From the NCBI GenBank assembly GCA_902792515.1, contig CADAZX010000001.1:72441-136440 (forward strand): a stretch of DNA of 64,000 nt, in the 5' to 3' direction. The notes beneath the pieces were generated by a model. That model was not told the origin of the DNA. It ran no database searches and saw only the letters and a program-made list of their open reading frames with translations. Made by a program: the position numbers and the translations under genes. Position 1 is the first letter of the stretch, and each line of letters starts with the position of its first letter. Of this stretch, positions 44,937 through 54,149 are shown one piece after another. This stretch comes from an uncultured Ruminococcus sp. (GTDB lineage: Bacteria > Bacillota > Clostridia > UBA1212).

Positions 44937-46340
44937 ATGAAAAAGTTCGTTAAACCCGCCGTATTCGTATTGATTCTGTGCGTCGTCGCGTCGCTTTTCT
45001 GCACGCGTTCCGCCACGCCCCTGTCCGCGAACGCGATCAGCCTTCAGGAACAGTCCTGGCTCTCGCACCTGCGTCCGACAAGCATTCCCGGGCCCCGCGG
45101 CAGAGACTCCTACCCCGCCGAACTTCTCGTTTCCGTCTCGAATCAGAAAGAAATCAAGCTGAAGGGCACCTGCTCCCTCGAGGGCAAGCTCACCGACGAG
45201 GACATTCTCGACGCAATCAAAAAAGCCGCCTCCGAAGCGGGCTACAAGAGCCCCGAGAACGCGGTCGACGACAAGCTGAAAATTGATTCCCTTAAAAGCA
45301 AGCTCTCCTTCACACCGGAGGAGCAGGAGCGCATCATCAAAAACTGGCTGGCACTCGTCGGCATGGACAAGGTCGCGGACCTTCTGCAGGGGCAGCTTCC
45401 CTCCTACGGCGGTTCGGACGCGGTCACGACTGTTGTCGGCATGATCTCGTCGGGCGAGCTTCCCGGCGCGTCCACGCTCTCTCCCGTCCCGACCGACGTC
45501 GGCGGCTTCGCCCAGGGAATGGTCATCAACGGCGTCTTTCTGACGTTCGACCAGTTCAAGCGCGATCAGGAAAAGTACAAAAACATCGTCGAGCTCAGTG
45601 AAGCGAACGCACGTTTCCGCGAGTTCAGCGCACGCCTCAATTCGATCATCAGGGACGAGACGCGCAAGAAGACCGCCTGGACAATCCGCATTCAGGACCA
45701 GGTTGTCGAAACGCAGCTCTACCGCGGCGCCCCCGACATCAACGCGCCGTACATCTACACGTCGGATATCGTTCTCAAGAAAAACGACGGCAACTTCGAT
45801 TCCCCCGCCGGCACCTATCAGGGCAGCTTCGAGCTCAAGGTCGACGTCTCGCTTGAGGACCACGACAGGAATTTCGCGAAACTGCTGGCGGAGTATTACA
45901 ACAATAAGCTCAAGGAGACCATGGGGAACGTGCCGGCTTCGATGTACTGGACCGTAGTCTCGCAGACCGTCAACAGGCCGTCCGTGAACGAGACGACTCT
46001 CAGCGGCGGGAACGTTTACGTGACCCTCGACAGGTCCGGATCGCTGGGCGGCGTTTTCGAGCTGAAACTGAACACGATGGCGCTTGACGTGACCCGCAAC
46101 AGAGTCCTTCACGATTACGTGAGCGTGCTGCAGCAAAAAGGCGAAGCCGCGACGGAAACGCTTACGTGGACCGACATTACCGATTCCGAGACAGGCACCG
46201 CGTACCACCAGGACCACTCTATTGTCGTGACGATCAACGGAGAGACTTTCGAGTCGACAAACACGGACGACGACCCCTACCCGAACATCGACGTGCGCGG
46301 CTACATCGGACTGACGCTCGTCGTCGACATGGCTGAGTAA
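44937..46340 (+). CDS. Secreted hypothetical protein
   Basis: N-terminal signal peptide MKKFVKPAVFVLILCVVASLFC. 467 aa. Second gene of a three-gene plus-strand operon. Confidence 0.5.
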   Translation: MKKFVKPAVFVLILCVVASLFCTRSATPLSANAISLQEQSWLSHLRPTSIPGPRGRDSYPAELLVSVSNQKEIKLKGTCSLEGKLTDEDILDAIKKAASEAGYKSPENAVDDKLKIDSLKSKLSFTPEEQERIIKNWLALVGMDKVADLLQGQLPSYGGSDAVTTVVGMISSGELPGASTLSPVPTDVGGFAQGMVINGVFLTFDQFKRDQEKYKNIVELSEANARFREFSARLNSIIRDETRKKTAWTIRIQDQVVETQLYRGAPDINAPYIYTSDIVLKKNDGNFDSPAGTYQGSFELKVDVSLEDHDRNFAKLLAEYYNNKLKETMGNVPASMYWTVVSQTVNRPSVNETTLSGGNVYVTLDRSGSLGGVFELKLNTMALDVTRNRVLHDYVSVLQQKGEAATETLTWTDITDSETGTAYHQDHSIVVTINGETFESTNTDDDPYPNIDVRGYIGLTLVVDMAE

Positions 46341-46355
46341 GAGAGGAGAAGCATC

Positions 46356-46892
46356 ATGAAAAAAACTCTCTTGATTATTAATGCTCTCGCGCTCGTTCTT
46401 CTTTTGGCGGTCACACTCACCGGCTGTTCTTTCCTGTCGCACCTGTCCGGCCTCGACAACGACGCGCCCCTCACGAGGAAGGACGGCACCGGCAACGCCT
46501 ACGTTACCGGCGGCAAGTCGCTCAACCCGCCCACGGCAGCGCCCGACGACGGTTCATCTGAGGATCCGTACCAGATACCCCAGATCGGAGGAGCGGAGTG
46601 GCCCGACAACGAATACACGAAGCAGGTTCCGAAGCCGGACTTCAAGCTGCTGGCGGTGTCTCTCGACGAAGAGGACGAATCGTTCACGGCGGCGTTCATG
46701 AACGCAACGGCTGAGGAGGTCAAGGCATACGCCGAGAAGGTCAAGGAGGCCGGCTTCACCGTCGACCCCGAGCTTCAGGACGAAACCGTCATGGGCATGA
46801 CGATCTACAGCTACACCGCCTCGAACGGGAACGGCTACACCGTCACCGTCAGCTTCACCGCCTCGACAGGCGCTTTGAAGATTTCGAAATAA
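46356..46892 (+). CDS. Lipoprotein (hypothetical)
   Basis: Signal peptide with lipobox LTGC. 178 aa. The next feature is a terminator. Confidence 0.55.
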   Translation: MKKTLLIINALALVLLLAVTLTGCSFLSHLSGLDNDAPLTRKDGTGNAYVTGGKSLNPPTAAPDDGSSEDPYQIPQIGGAEWPDNEYTKQVPKPDFKLLAVSLDEEDESFTAAFMNATAEEVKAYAEKVKEAGFTVDPELQDETVMGMTIYSYTASNGNGYTVTVSFTASTGALKISK

Positions 46893-46913
46893 GACTTGTA
46901 ACAATATGAGTTA

Positions 46914-46962
46914 GGGCGGCTCCCGCAACTGTTTCGGTTGCGCGGGGCCGCCCTTCTTTTCG
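46914..46962 (+). terminator. Rho-independent terminator of the 43991-46892 operon
   Basis: GGGCGGCTCCCGC...GCGGGGCCGCCC hairpin followed by ttcttttcgttt. Confidence 0.75.
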
Positions 46963-47029
46963 TTTATTCCGTTTTTTCAACTCAGGTAAACGCTGAGTTA
47001 ATAGCTATTTTTTCGAGCGCGACCCCGAA

Positions 47030-47107
47030 GCCGCATTTTATGTTGCGGCCCTCACTTGACCGCTTCGCGGAATCGTTCATGCCGCCAACATAAAACTGTA
47101 CGCGGCT
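47030..47107. repeat. Intergenic modular repeat, copy C (block Y in inverted orientation)
   Basis: The reverse complement of 47030-47107 aligns with 14320-14391 and 25941-26012. The W block (ccgcttgcgtaaagagcatttaatc) lies at 47238-47262. Confidence 0.8.
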
Positions 47108-47261
47108 CTACTGCGAAAGGGGAGCTCTCGAAAAGCAAGCGGCCAGCAATCGTCACAAGACACATTATTCTCTCTGGAGATAGTCGAAGTTAACGAACTA
47201 CGGTCAAATACGCCCATACGCTGGCTGTCAGATCTTCGCCGCTTGCGTAAAGAGCATTTAA

Positions 47262-47846
47262 TCAGCGTTTACACACGAAAAGCCCGTGCCTGTTGCAGTA
47301 CACGAAAAAGTACCTTGTCCCGTTTATGCCAAACCTCGCCTCGGCGGGTCCCTCGGGGTATAGTTTCTTCATCTCGCAGCAGTCGTCGCGAACCGCCGCG
47401 ATGAACGAAACGTAGTGGTTTTTCGTCATTTCATGGCCGGCCGTGACGAAATACTCGTCCTCGATCCGCTGAACCGCGACCGCATGGCCTTCGTCCGGGT
47501 CCGACGCCTCAAGCGGCGGAAGAGTGATCCCGCAGCAGCTGACCACCGCCTCGCCGACGCTTGTAATGACGTTCCCGCACACCGGGCACACGTAGAATTT
47601 CATTTTCAGCAGGTTGAAAGCCCTGTTTTTGTTGACAACGCCGCACCCCTTGAAGAGTTCGATGACCGACACTCCGAGCGCCGCCGCGAGCGGTTCCAGA
47701 AGCGTAATGTCCGGGTAGCCGCGTCCTGTCTCCCACTTGGAAACGGTTTTGTCGCTGACGAAAATCCTCTCCGCGAGCTGCGCCTGCGTCATCCCGCGCT
47801 CTTCCCTGAGGCGCTTGATCATAGTTCCGGTAACGTACTGATCCAT
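47262..47846 (-). CDS. XRE-family HTH domain fused to a desulfoferrodoxin-like (superoxide reductase) module
   Basis: Start reassigned to MDQYVTG (RBS AAGGAGGG). The N-terminus has a Cro/C1 HTH (MTQAQLAERIFVSDKTVSKWETG). The C-terminus carries a desulforedoxin-like CPVCGNVI...SCCG motif and a neelaredoxin-like HxxH...H...YCNRHGLF iron site. Confidence 0.6.
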   Translation of the reverse strand: MDQYVTGTMIKRLREERGMTQAQLAERIFVSDKTVSKWETGRGYPDITLLEPLAAALGVSVIELFKGCGVVNKNRAFNLLKMKFYVCPVCGNVITSVGEAVVSCCGITLPPLEASDPDEGHAVAVQRIEDEYFVTAGHEMTKNHYVSFIAAVRDDCCEMKKLYPEGPAEARFGINGTRYFFVYCNRHGLFVCKR

Positions 47847-47957
47847 AGCCGTCCCTCCTTTCGGAAACATGATACAACGCGCGCGAAAACGGCGCAACCT
47901 GCGCTTCGTAGAGTTCGCGAACCGGAAGTTAAAAAGCCGGAAGTTTTCAACGTGTTT

Positions 47958-48365
47958 TCAAATATCCGGAAAACCGTCTGCGTCCTCCGGGTCTTCATCC
48001 GCCCCGTCCTCAGCCGCCTCATCCTCATCCTCCAAAGCCTCATCCTCCGGAGCCTCGTCCGCCGCCGAAAACAGCCCCTCGACGATCGTTTCCGCGTCCC
48101 CGAGCCGGCTGAAAAACACGTAAAACCGCACTCTTTCGCTCATCATGCCGGTCTTGAACGCCAGCCCCGCGCCGAGAACGTTCCGCTCGACAAACTCGAT
48201 TCCGTTCTGTTTGAGAACGTCCGCCAGAAGACCGCTCCAGATAACGTTCTGCTCCGTCAAATAGCAAAGGTCGTCGTCTTTTGCCTCGCGGCATTTTTTG
48301 CGCCCGCACGAGGGGCACCGCTCTCCTTCAAAAGCCAAAAAACAGTTATCGCAATAAAGAGGCAT
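47958..48365 (-). CDS. Small zinc-ribbon / DUF2007-like protein with an acidic C-terminal tail
   Basis: Start reassigned to MPLYCDNCFLAFEGERCPSCG (RBS AAAGGTGG). Two CxxC pairs. The C-terminal ~45 aa are Asp/Glu-rich. Confidence 0.45.
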   Translation of the reverse strand: MPLYCDNCFLAFEGERCPSCGRKKCREAKDDDLCYLTEQNVIWSGLLADVLKQNGIEFVERNVLGAGLAFKTGMMSERVRFYVFFSRLGDAETIVEGLFSAADEAPEDEALEDEDEAAEDGADEDPEDADGFPDI

Positions 48366-48437
48366 ATCAAAACCACCTTTCCCGGTCAAAAACACCGGAA
48401 CGCCCTTTCACGTTCAAAAAAACGTTCAATCCGTGGA

Positions 48438-48965
48438 TCACTCCACGAAATAGATCCTTCCTTCTCTTCTCTTAACCGGCTTCGGCGCCTCTCCGTCAAT
48501 AAAGCCGACAGCGCAGTGGCCGATTCCCTCCCACTCGCCTTCGATCCCGAGGTCCTTCAAAAACCGCTTATACTCCGGCATTTCGAACTCCTCCTTCGCC
48601 CTGTGGATCCAAATGCTGCCGAGACCGAGCGAGTGCGCCGCGAGCATCAGGTTGCCCATGACGAGGCTGCCGTCGTACTTGTACGTCGGGTGGTTTTTGT
48701 CGGCGAGCACGACTATGATGACCGGCGCTCCGTAGAACGGGTCGAAGCCCTCCGGCCAGCCGCCTATCTTCCTGTTTGCGTCGGAAAGCCTGTCGCGCGC
48801 CTCCTTGTTTGTGATCGCCACCGTGATAACGGGCTGTCTGCCCATTCCGCTCGCGGCGTAAAGACCCGCGTCCAGAATCTCTTCAATATCCTCTTTGGCC
48901 GGCATATCCGGCTTGAATTTTCGAACGCTCCTGCGCTCCCTGATCGCTTTCAATACTTCGTTCAT
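48438..48965 (-). CDS. Nitroreductase-family protein
   Basis: RRSVRKF FMN-binding N-terminal motif, ~175 aa. Confidence 0.85.
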   Translation of the reverse strand: MNEVLKAIRERRSVRKFKPDMPAKEDIEEILDAGLYAASGMGRQPVITVAITNKEARDRLSDANRKIGGWPEGFDPFYGAPVIIVVLADKNHPTYKYDGSLVMGNLMLAAHSLGLGSIWIHRAKEEFEMPEYKRFLKDLGIEGEWEGIGHCAVGFIDGEAPKPVKRREGRIYFVE

Positions 48966-49023
48966 TTCGTCATCCCCTTATAAAAATCCAATTCGGTCAA
49001 AATCAAGTCAAAACCCGCCGTTT

Positions 49024-49590
49024 TTACGCGCCTGTTCCGGTCAGCTCGATGTCCGCGGCGTAGGGCTTCATTCCCTCGATGCAGATCTCCGCGAGCGTCG
49101 CGACGTCCATCCCGAGCATCCCGCACCCGCGCTGAATCAGCTCCCTGTCGCACTTCGCGGCAAACTTTTTGTCCTTGAACTTCTTCATAAAGCTCTTCAC
49201 CTCGAGGTCGGAAATACCGTTCGGCCGCATTCTCGCGCACGCCTGAATGATTCCCGTCAGCTCGTCGACGGCGAAAAGGCTCTTTTCCATATCGGTAACG
49301 GGCTCCACGTCGCTGCAGATCCCGTACCCGTGGCTCATAATAGCCCGGACGTCGTCCGCGTCGACGCCCTCCGCCAGAAGCTCCTTTTCGGTGTGTTTGA
49401 GGTGCTCGTCCGGATATTTTTCGTAGTCGTAGTCGTGAAGGTAGCCGACCGCCATCCAGTGTTCGCGGTCCTCTCCAAAATGGTCCGCCATCGCGCCCAT
49501 CGCGTACATAACGTTTTTCGCGTGGATCACGAGGTGATGTTCCGTCACCTCGCGGTCGTTAAGCTCCTTCGCGCGTTCAAGTGTAAGCAT
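49024..49590 (-). CDS. HD-domain phosphohydrolase
   Basis: Start reassigned to MLTLERAKEL (RBS GAGAGGGGAAG). HD motif H...HD in (VIHAKNVMY...YLHDYDYEKY). Confidence 0.75.
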   Translation of the reverse strand: MLTLERAKELNDREVTEHHLVIHAKNVMYAMGAMADHFGEDREHWMAVGYLHDYDYEKYPDEHLKHTEKELLAEGVDADDVRAIMSHGYGICSDVEPVTDMEKSLFAVDELTGIIQACARMRPNGISDLEVKSFMKKFKDKKFAAKCDRELIQRGCGMLGMDVATLAEICIEGMKPYAADIELTGTGA

Positions 49591-49626
49591 CACACACTTC
49601 CCCTCTCTAATTACAAAAATCAAAAG

Positions 49627-50112
49627 TTATCTCTTGCGGCCGCCCGCAGGCCCGCCGCTTAAAACAGAAGTCAGAAGCCCCTCGCACCCCTCAGAAATGT
49701 CGTCCCACGCCTCGTCAAAATTCCCGGTGTACCACGGGTCGGCGACCTCCTGCCCTTTCCGGCCTGTAAAATCGAGCAGCAGAACAATCTTGCCCTCCGG
49801 GTCGCCGCCCGCGATTGCGGTCGCGTTCCTGACGTTGGCGCGGTCCATGCAGACGATGAGGTCGTAATAATCGTAGTCCTGTCTTGTCATCCTCCGTGCG
49901 TGATGACCCGCACAGCCAATTCCGTTTTCGGCAAGCTTGCGCCTCGCGGGGGGATAGACCGGATTCCCGATTTCCTCATAACTTGTCGCCGCCGACGCAA
50001 TCTCGAACCGCGCCTCACACCGGCGGCGTTTTACAAGATCCTTCATCAAAAACTCCGCCATCGGGCTTCTGCAGATGTTGCCGTGGCAGACGAACAGTAT
50101 TTTTAATGACAT
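49627..50112 (-). CDS. Low-molecular-weight protein-tyrosine phosphatase
   Basis: The CHGNICRSP P-loop (CX5R) is at the N-terminus and a DPWY loop lies further on. Its first 10 codons are duplicated at 51798-51827. Confidence 0.9.
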   Translation of the reverse strand: MSLKILFVCHGNICRSPMAEFLMKDLVKRRRCEARFEIASAATSYEEIGNPVYPPARRKLAENGIGCAGHHARRMTRQDYDYYDLIVCMDRANVRNATAIAGGDPEGKIVLLLDFTGRKGQEVADPWYTGNFDEAWDDISEGCEGLLTSVLSGGPAGGRKR

Positions 50113-50135
50113 TTTTCTCTCTCTTTATTCTTTTA

Positions 50136-51467
50136 TCATTTACTGCGCAAATAGTCTTTTAAGAGAAACACAAGATAATGAGGGAATGATCGTATATTAC
50201 CTTCCACACCGATATTACCATCAATCAATTTGATGCCAAAGTGAATATCCGGATATGAATCACTCTTAATCAATGTACGGAGCGATTTACTATTTCCGTT
50301 TCTGGCCTTAACCTCTACCGGAATAAGGGTTTCAGTATTACGAACAAAGAAATCTTCTTCTAAAGTAGAGTTTTCTTTTGAATAATAATACAGGTCAAAC
50401 CCTGCCTTAACCAGCATATCTCCTACTATATTTTCATATAGTCCCCCTCGATAGGTTCCTATGTTTTTGCGGCTTCTCAGATCCTCCTGAGTTTCATCGT
50501 CAAGCATTGCAATCAGCAAACCGGTATCTGCCATATAAATCTTGTATTTTGTTTCATCATAGTTCCCCTTAAGGGGAAGTTCAGGGTAATTCAAGCAATA
50601 ACACACATTGATGATCCCGGCATTTGACAGCCACTCTATTGCCCCTCTGTAGTCCTTAAACCTGGCGCCTGAAGCAACTTTACTGATCTGGAATTTTTTG
50701 TTTTCTTTTGCTAACTGAACCGGTATATGTCTGAATACATTAAGAATTCGGCTTTGGTCCAATCCTTCCGCATATTTTGTAATATCCTCCTCATAGTCGG
50801 ACAATAGTTGCCTTTGAAGCTCCAATGTATTTGAAAACATACCGTTTCTGACATATTCCAAAACTACTGCCGGCATTCCTCCAACTATTACATAATCCAA
50901 AAAAGCTTCCGCCATAACCTGTACCAATGAAGCCTGTAGCGGAGTTCCGTCCTGCATTGCTTTAAAAAGATCTGCCTTCAATCCGTCATCATAACCTTTG
51001 GCCCATAAAAACTCTTCAAAATCCAACGATCTCAAAGTGTAATCGGTTTTATATCCAACACTATTGCTCTCAATCTTCTTGTAATAAACTCCAAGCAACG
51101 AGCCGCTGCAAATCACATCATAACGCCTGTCAATGCAGTATGCCTTTAGTGTGGTTGCAATGTCCGGATGATCTTGTATTTCATCAAAAAAAATCAGAGT
51201 TTTTCCCTCAATAAATTTCTTAGAAGGATCTATCCGGCTGATTGCTTTATTGACTGTCTCCACAGTGTATCCATCTTCGGTGATTACGCAATATTTCTTC
51301 TCCAATGCAAAATTGATATATATGATGTTGTCATAAAAACCTTTAGCGAAACGCATTATACTTTCGGTCTTCCCAACCTGTCTGGCACCTTTAATGATCA
51401 ATGGCTTTCGGTTCGGGTTTTCATGCCACTCACTTAAGATTTTATCCACCTTACGCTTTAAGTACAT
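50136..51467 (-). CDS. AAA+ ATPase with a DUF4143-type C-terminal domain (AAA_14/DUF4143 family)
   Basis: Start reassigned to MYLKRKVDKI (RBS GAGGAGG). Walker A GARQVGKTE and Walker B IFFDEIQ. Low GC. Confidence 0.75.
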   Translation of the reverse strand: MYLKRKVDKILSEWHENPNRKPLIIKGARQVGKTESIMRFAKGFYDNIIYINFALEKKYCVITEDGYTVETVNKAISRIDPSKKFIEGKTLIFFDEIQDHPDIATTLKAYCIDRRYDVICSGSLLGVYYKKIESNSVGYKTDYTLRSLDFEEFLWAKGYDDGLKADLFKAMQDGTPLQASLVQVMAEAFLDYVIVGGMPAVVLEYVRNGMFSNTLELQRQLLSDYEEDITKYAEGLDQSRILNVFRHIPVQLAKENKKFQISKVASGARFKDYRGAIEWLSNAGIINVCYCLNYPELPLKGNYDETKYKIYMADTGLLIAMLDDETQEDLRSRKNIGTYRGGLYENIVGDMLVKAGFDLYYYSKENSTLEEDFFVRNTETLIPVEVKARNGNSKSLRTLIKSDSYPDIHFGIKLIDGNIGVEGNIRSFPHYLVFLLKDYLRSK

Positions 51468-51896
51468 AATAGGACCTCCTCTCAATCTAAATAGTATTAT
51501 AGAGCAACAGCGATAATTTTTCAACTATTTTATGAGCGAGTTAGTCGCGGGTTTTGCATTTTTATGAGCGTGTTTTTATGTTCCCACACCTTTTTATGTC
51601 AAAAAAGGCCTCGCCGCATCACAGCATCACAGCAAAGTCCTAAAAACCGCTTGTATAAAATTTAATGTATATAAAAAATGTTGTATTGGAGTCCGTATTG
51701 ATTGGTTACTTAAGGGTGCAATTAAGGTGCAAACTCACGATCAAAACAGCTCTCAAAGCTTGATATTTAAGGCTTTTCACCGCTCGGTTGGTAGAGTGCC
51801 GTGGCAGACGAACAGTATCTTAATCATATCGTTTTCATGTTTTATCGGGGTTTGGATGCCTTTCTATACCCGGATTCCTGCATTATTAATTATCGT

Positions 51897-53195
51897 TTAT
51901 CTTAATACTGCCCATTTCCCGGTTTTATTTCCACCACGACGTTCAATCACCTTTTTCCTCTTTAATGCTGCAAGTATTTTTCTTATATATCCGTCAGAGT
52001 ATCCACTTGCAGCAACCATTTCCTTTATCGTGATACCGGAATTATGACTTATATAATCGATAACTCGCCGCTCCGCATCATTAATACTGATTTTATTATC
52101 AGGCTCAGTTACACTATTGTCATTTTTCTCATAATTAAACGGAATAGTTACATTAACAAAGTTCTCCGTAATATCAAAAGCCTGCTTTCCATAATTACTA
52201 ATTATAAGAGGAACGCCATGACCTGTTTGTTCCACGTATCCCAATTGACCGAATATCTTTTGAAGTTTGGAATTAACCGGCTTACTTATTCCTTTGAAAA
52301 ACTCTTCCTTATTTAAATCTACAGGTAATCCTCCCGTAGAAATGATTTCTATTCTATCTGAAAAAACGTAAACCGCCGGTGGATTCCCTTTTATCCATTT
52401 CGTATGAATACATGCATTTTGCCAAGCTTCTTTAAAACTGGCCATGTCAAAAAGTCTTTCTTCTATTCGTCTGTGATTGCCCATCGTGACCATAGTTTCA
52501 TTAACGGATTCCATGTAATCCAACACTCTATCCATAGCGGTAACGAGACATGTTCCTCCGTATTCGTTTCTCTTTATTAGAACTGTCTTATCTTTTCCTG
52601 CAAAAGTAACCACTTTGATTGAGATGTCATTTTCGTCAGCAAGCAAAAAAGCCATTAGATTATACTTCCCATCGCTGTTTTTCAGCCCGGTATTATCTTC
52701 GAAAGTTGTTTGGTCGACTGTCAGCCCCGCCGTTACAAAAGCAATTTTGAGTTTATTAAAAGTAAGCGTCTGAACAGGCGCCGGAACCAAAGTCAAAACA
52801 TCTGATGATGCTTGTCTGTCTATTAACTCCTTTAATGCTGTCGGACTCAATTCTCTATCTTCATCCGCAGATCGCATATAATAGCGTCCATATGCCGAGT
52901 ATGGTTTTTCAGAGCCACGTACTTCAATCTTAATTACGTTTTTATCATCTATCAATCCATGTTCTATAATTGGTATAATCTGCGGTTTAATGAAATTTGC
53001 TATTGCCTGGGATATTTCTCTAAGCGTTCTATCACCCATTTGTTGACCAACTACGTCCCCATTGTCCTTAACCCCAAAATACAGAATTCCATATCCATTC
53101 TTGTTGAGCATAGAAGCCAATGAAGTGATTCCTTCCCGGAGTTCTCCCGTTGTCCTCTTAAACTCTATTTTTTCAGTCTCCACTCCTATATTCAC
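51897..53195 (-). CDS. AlbA_2 / Schlafen-like divergent AAA domain protein with a C-terminal wHTH (putative ATP-dependent DNA-binding regulator)
   Basis: Probable GTG start (RBS AGGAGG) giving MNIGVETEKIEFKRTTGEL. The N-terminal AlbA_2-type motif (ESE.IEFK) and the C-terminal GYIRKILAALKRKKVIERRG HTH-like segment are present. Low GC. Confidence 0.65.
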   Translation of the reverse strand: MNIGVETEKIEFKRTTGELREGITSLASMLNKNGYGILYFGVKDNGDVVGQQMGDRTLREISQAIANFIKPQIIPIIEHGLIDDKNVIKIEVRGSEKPYSAYGRYYMRSADEDRELSPTALKELIDRQASSDVLTLVPAPVQTLTFNKLKIAFVTAGLTVDQTTFEDNTGLKNSDGKYNLMAFLLADENDISIKVVTFAGKDKTVLIKRNEYGGTCLVTAMDRVLDYMESVNETMVTMGNHRRIEERLFDMASFKEAWQNACIHTKWIKGNPPAVYVFSDRIEIISTGGLPVDLNKEEFFKGISKPVNSKLQKIFGQLGYVEQTGHGVPLIISNYGKQAFDITENFVNVTIPFNYEKNDNSVTEPDNKISINDAERRVIDYISHNSGITIKEMVAASGYSDGYIRKILAALKRKKVIERRGGNKTGKWAVLR

Positions 53196-53512
53196 TGCTC
53201 CACGCCTCCTAAACATCAATTGTTGGATTTGAACAGTTTTTCGCTTGCTTGGTCAGCTAACTGCTCTCCGCTATTTTGAATTATACTCCATTTGCTTTCT
53301 TTTTGCTACTCTTTTTTGCCACTTTATTTGCTACTTTATTTGCCACTTTAATTACTACCAACCCGGGTTTCTTTTCAACATCTGCTGCCGTTGCCATAAA
53401 AGAAACTAACCAAATAAGTACCGTTTCTTAAATACCCGGCTTTATATCGCCGCAGGTATAAAGAAACAGCAGCCGGAACGAACAGAACCCTCATCATAGA
53501 ATCAAATTCCTA

Positions 53513-53953
53513 TCAATCAAGCTTCGCGAGCTCCTCCGGATCGTCCTTCGGCTGGCAGAGGTGGATTATTTTCGCGTCCGGGTACTCTTTTCTCAAACGT
53601 TTGTCGGCGTTTTTCGCGAAGCCGCTGGCGCTGTAAAGAACGAACGTCAGCTTTTTCCCGGAAAAATCCGTGTCCCTGAGGACCGTGTTAACGGGGCTCG
53701 CGAGACGCGCGTTCCAGACAGGTGCGCCGACCCAGACCTCGTCGTAGCCGCTTACGTCGCTGTCGTAGCCCTTGAGCTTCGGTTTCTGTCCGATTCCCGC
53801 CGAGAAACCGCCCTTCAGCAACTGCGGAAGCAGCTTTTTGCTGAGCGTGAACTCCGATTCGACTTTGCGGAGCTCGAAACCTTTTTCGGCGAGTTTTGCG
53901 GCGACCGCGTCACCGTTTCCGCTGAAACTGTAGTAAACGAACAACTTTGCCAT
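53513..53953 (-). CDS. Flavodoxin-family protein
   Basis: MAKLFVYYSFSGNGDAVAAKLAEKG N-terminal FMN-binding loop, ~146 aa. Confidence 0.75.
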   Translation of the reverse strand: MAKLFVYYSFSGNGDAVAAKLAEKGFELRKVESEFTLSKKLLPQLLKGGFSAGIGQKPKLKGYDSDVSGYDEVWVGAPVWNARLASPVNTVLRDTDFSGKKLTFVLYSASGFAKNADKRLRKEYPDAKIIHLCQPKDDPEELAKLD

Positions 53954-54149
53954 GGTATATTGCCCCTTTCCTCAGGCTGAAATCATTTTTGAACCCTTTC
54001 CGTTCATATCTAATTGTATAAGTTTTCCGGTGTTTGTCAATATCCCACGCGACGTTCACGCGACGTTCACGGCCTAAAAAGCTGTTCCAAAAAGCGCTCG
54101 AATGTGATATCATTGGCTCATCCATCAAAAACCGGGAGGAGACCTTCAG

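Larger units (their letters stand above)
50113..53510. mobile_element. AT-rich (~38% GC) inserted island carrying two ATPase genes. It is bounded on the left by the phosphatase start and contains an internal duplicate of the phosphatase 5' end.
   Basis: Abrupt GC drop compared with ~60% flanks. The direct repeat gccgtggcagacgaacagtat(t/c)tt(t)aat occurs at 50080-50110 and 51798-51827. 13-bp tandem repeats lie at 53290-53350. No integrase gene was recognised. Confidence 0.55.
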
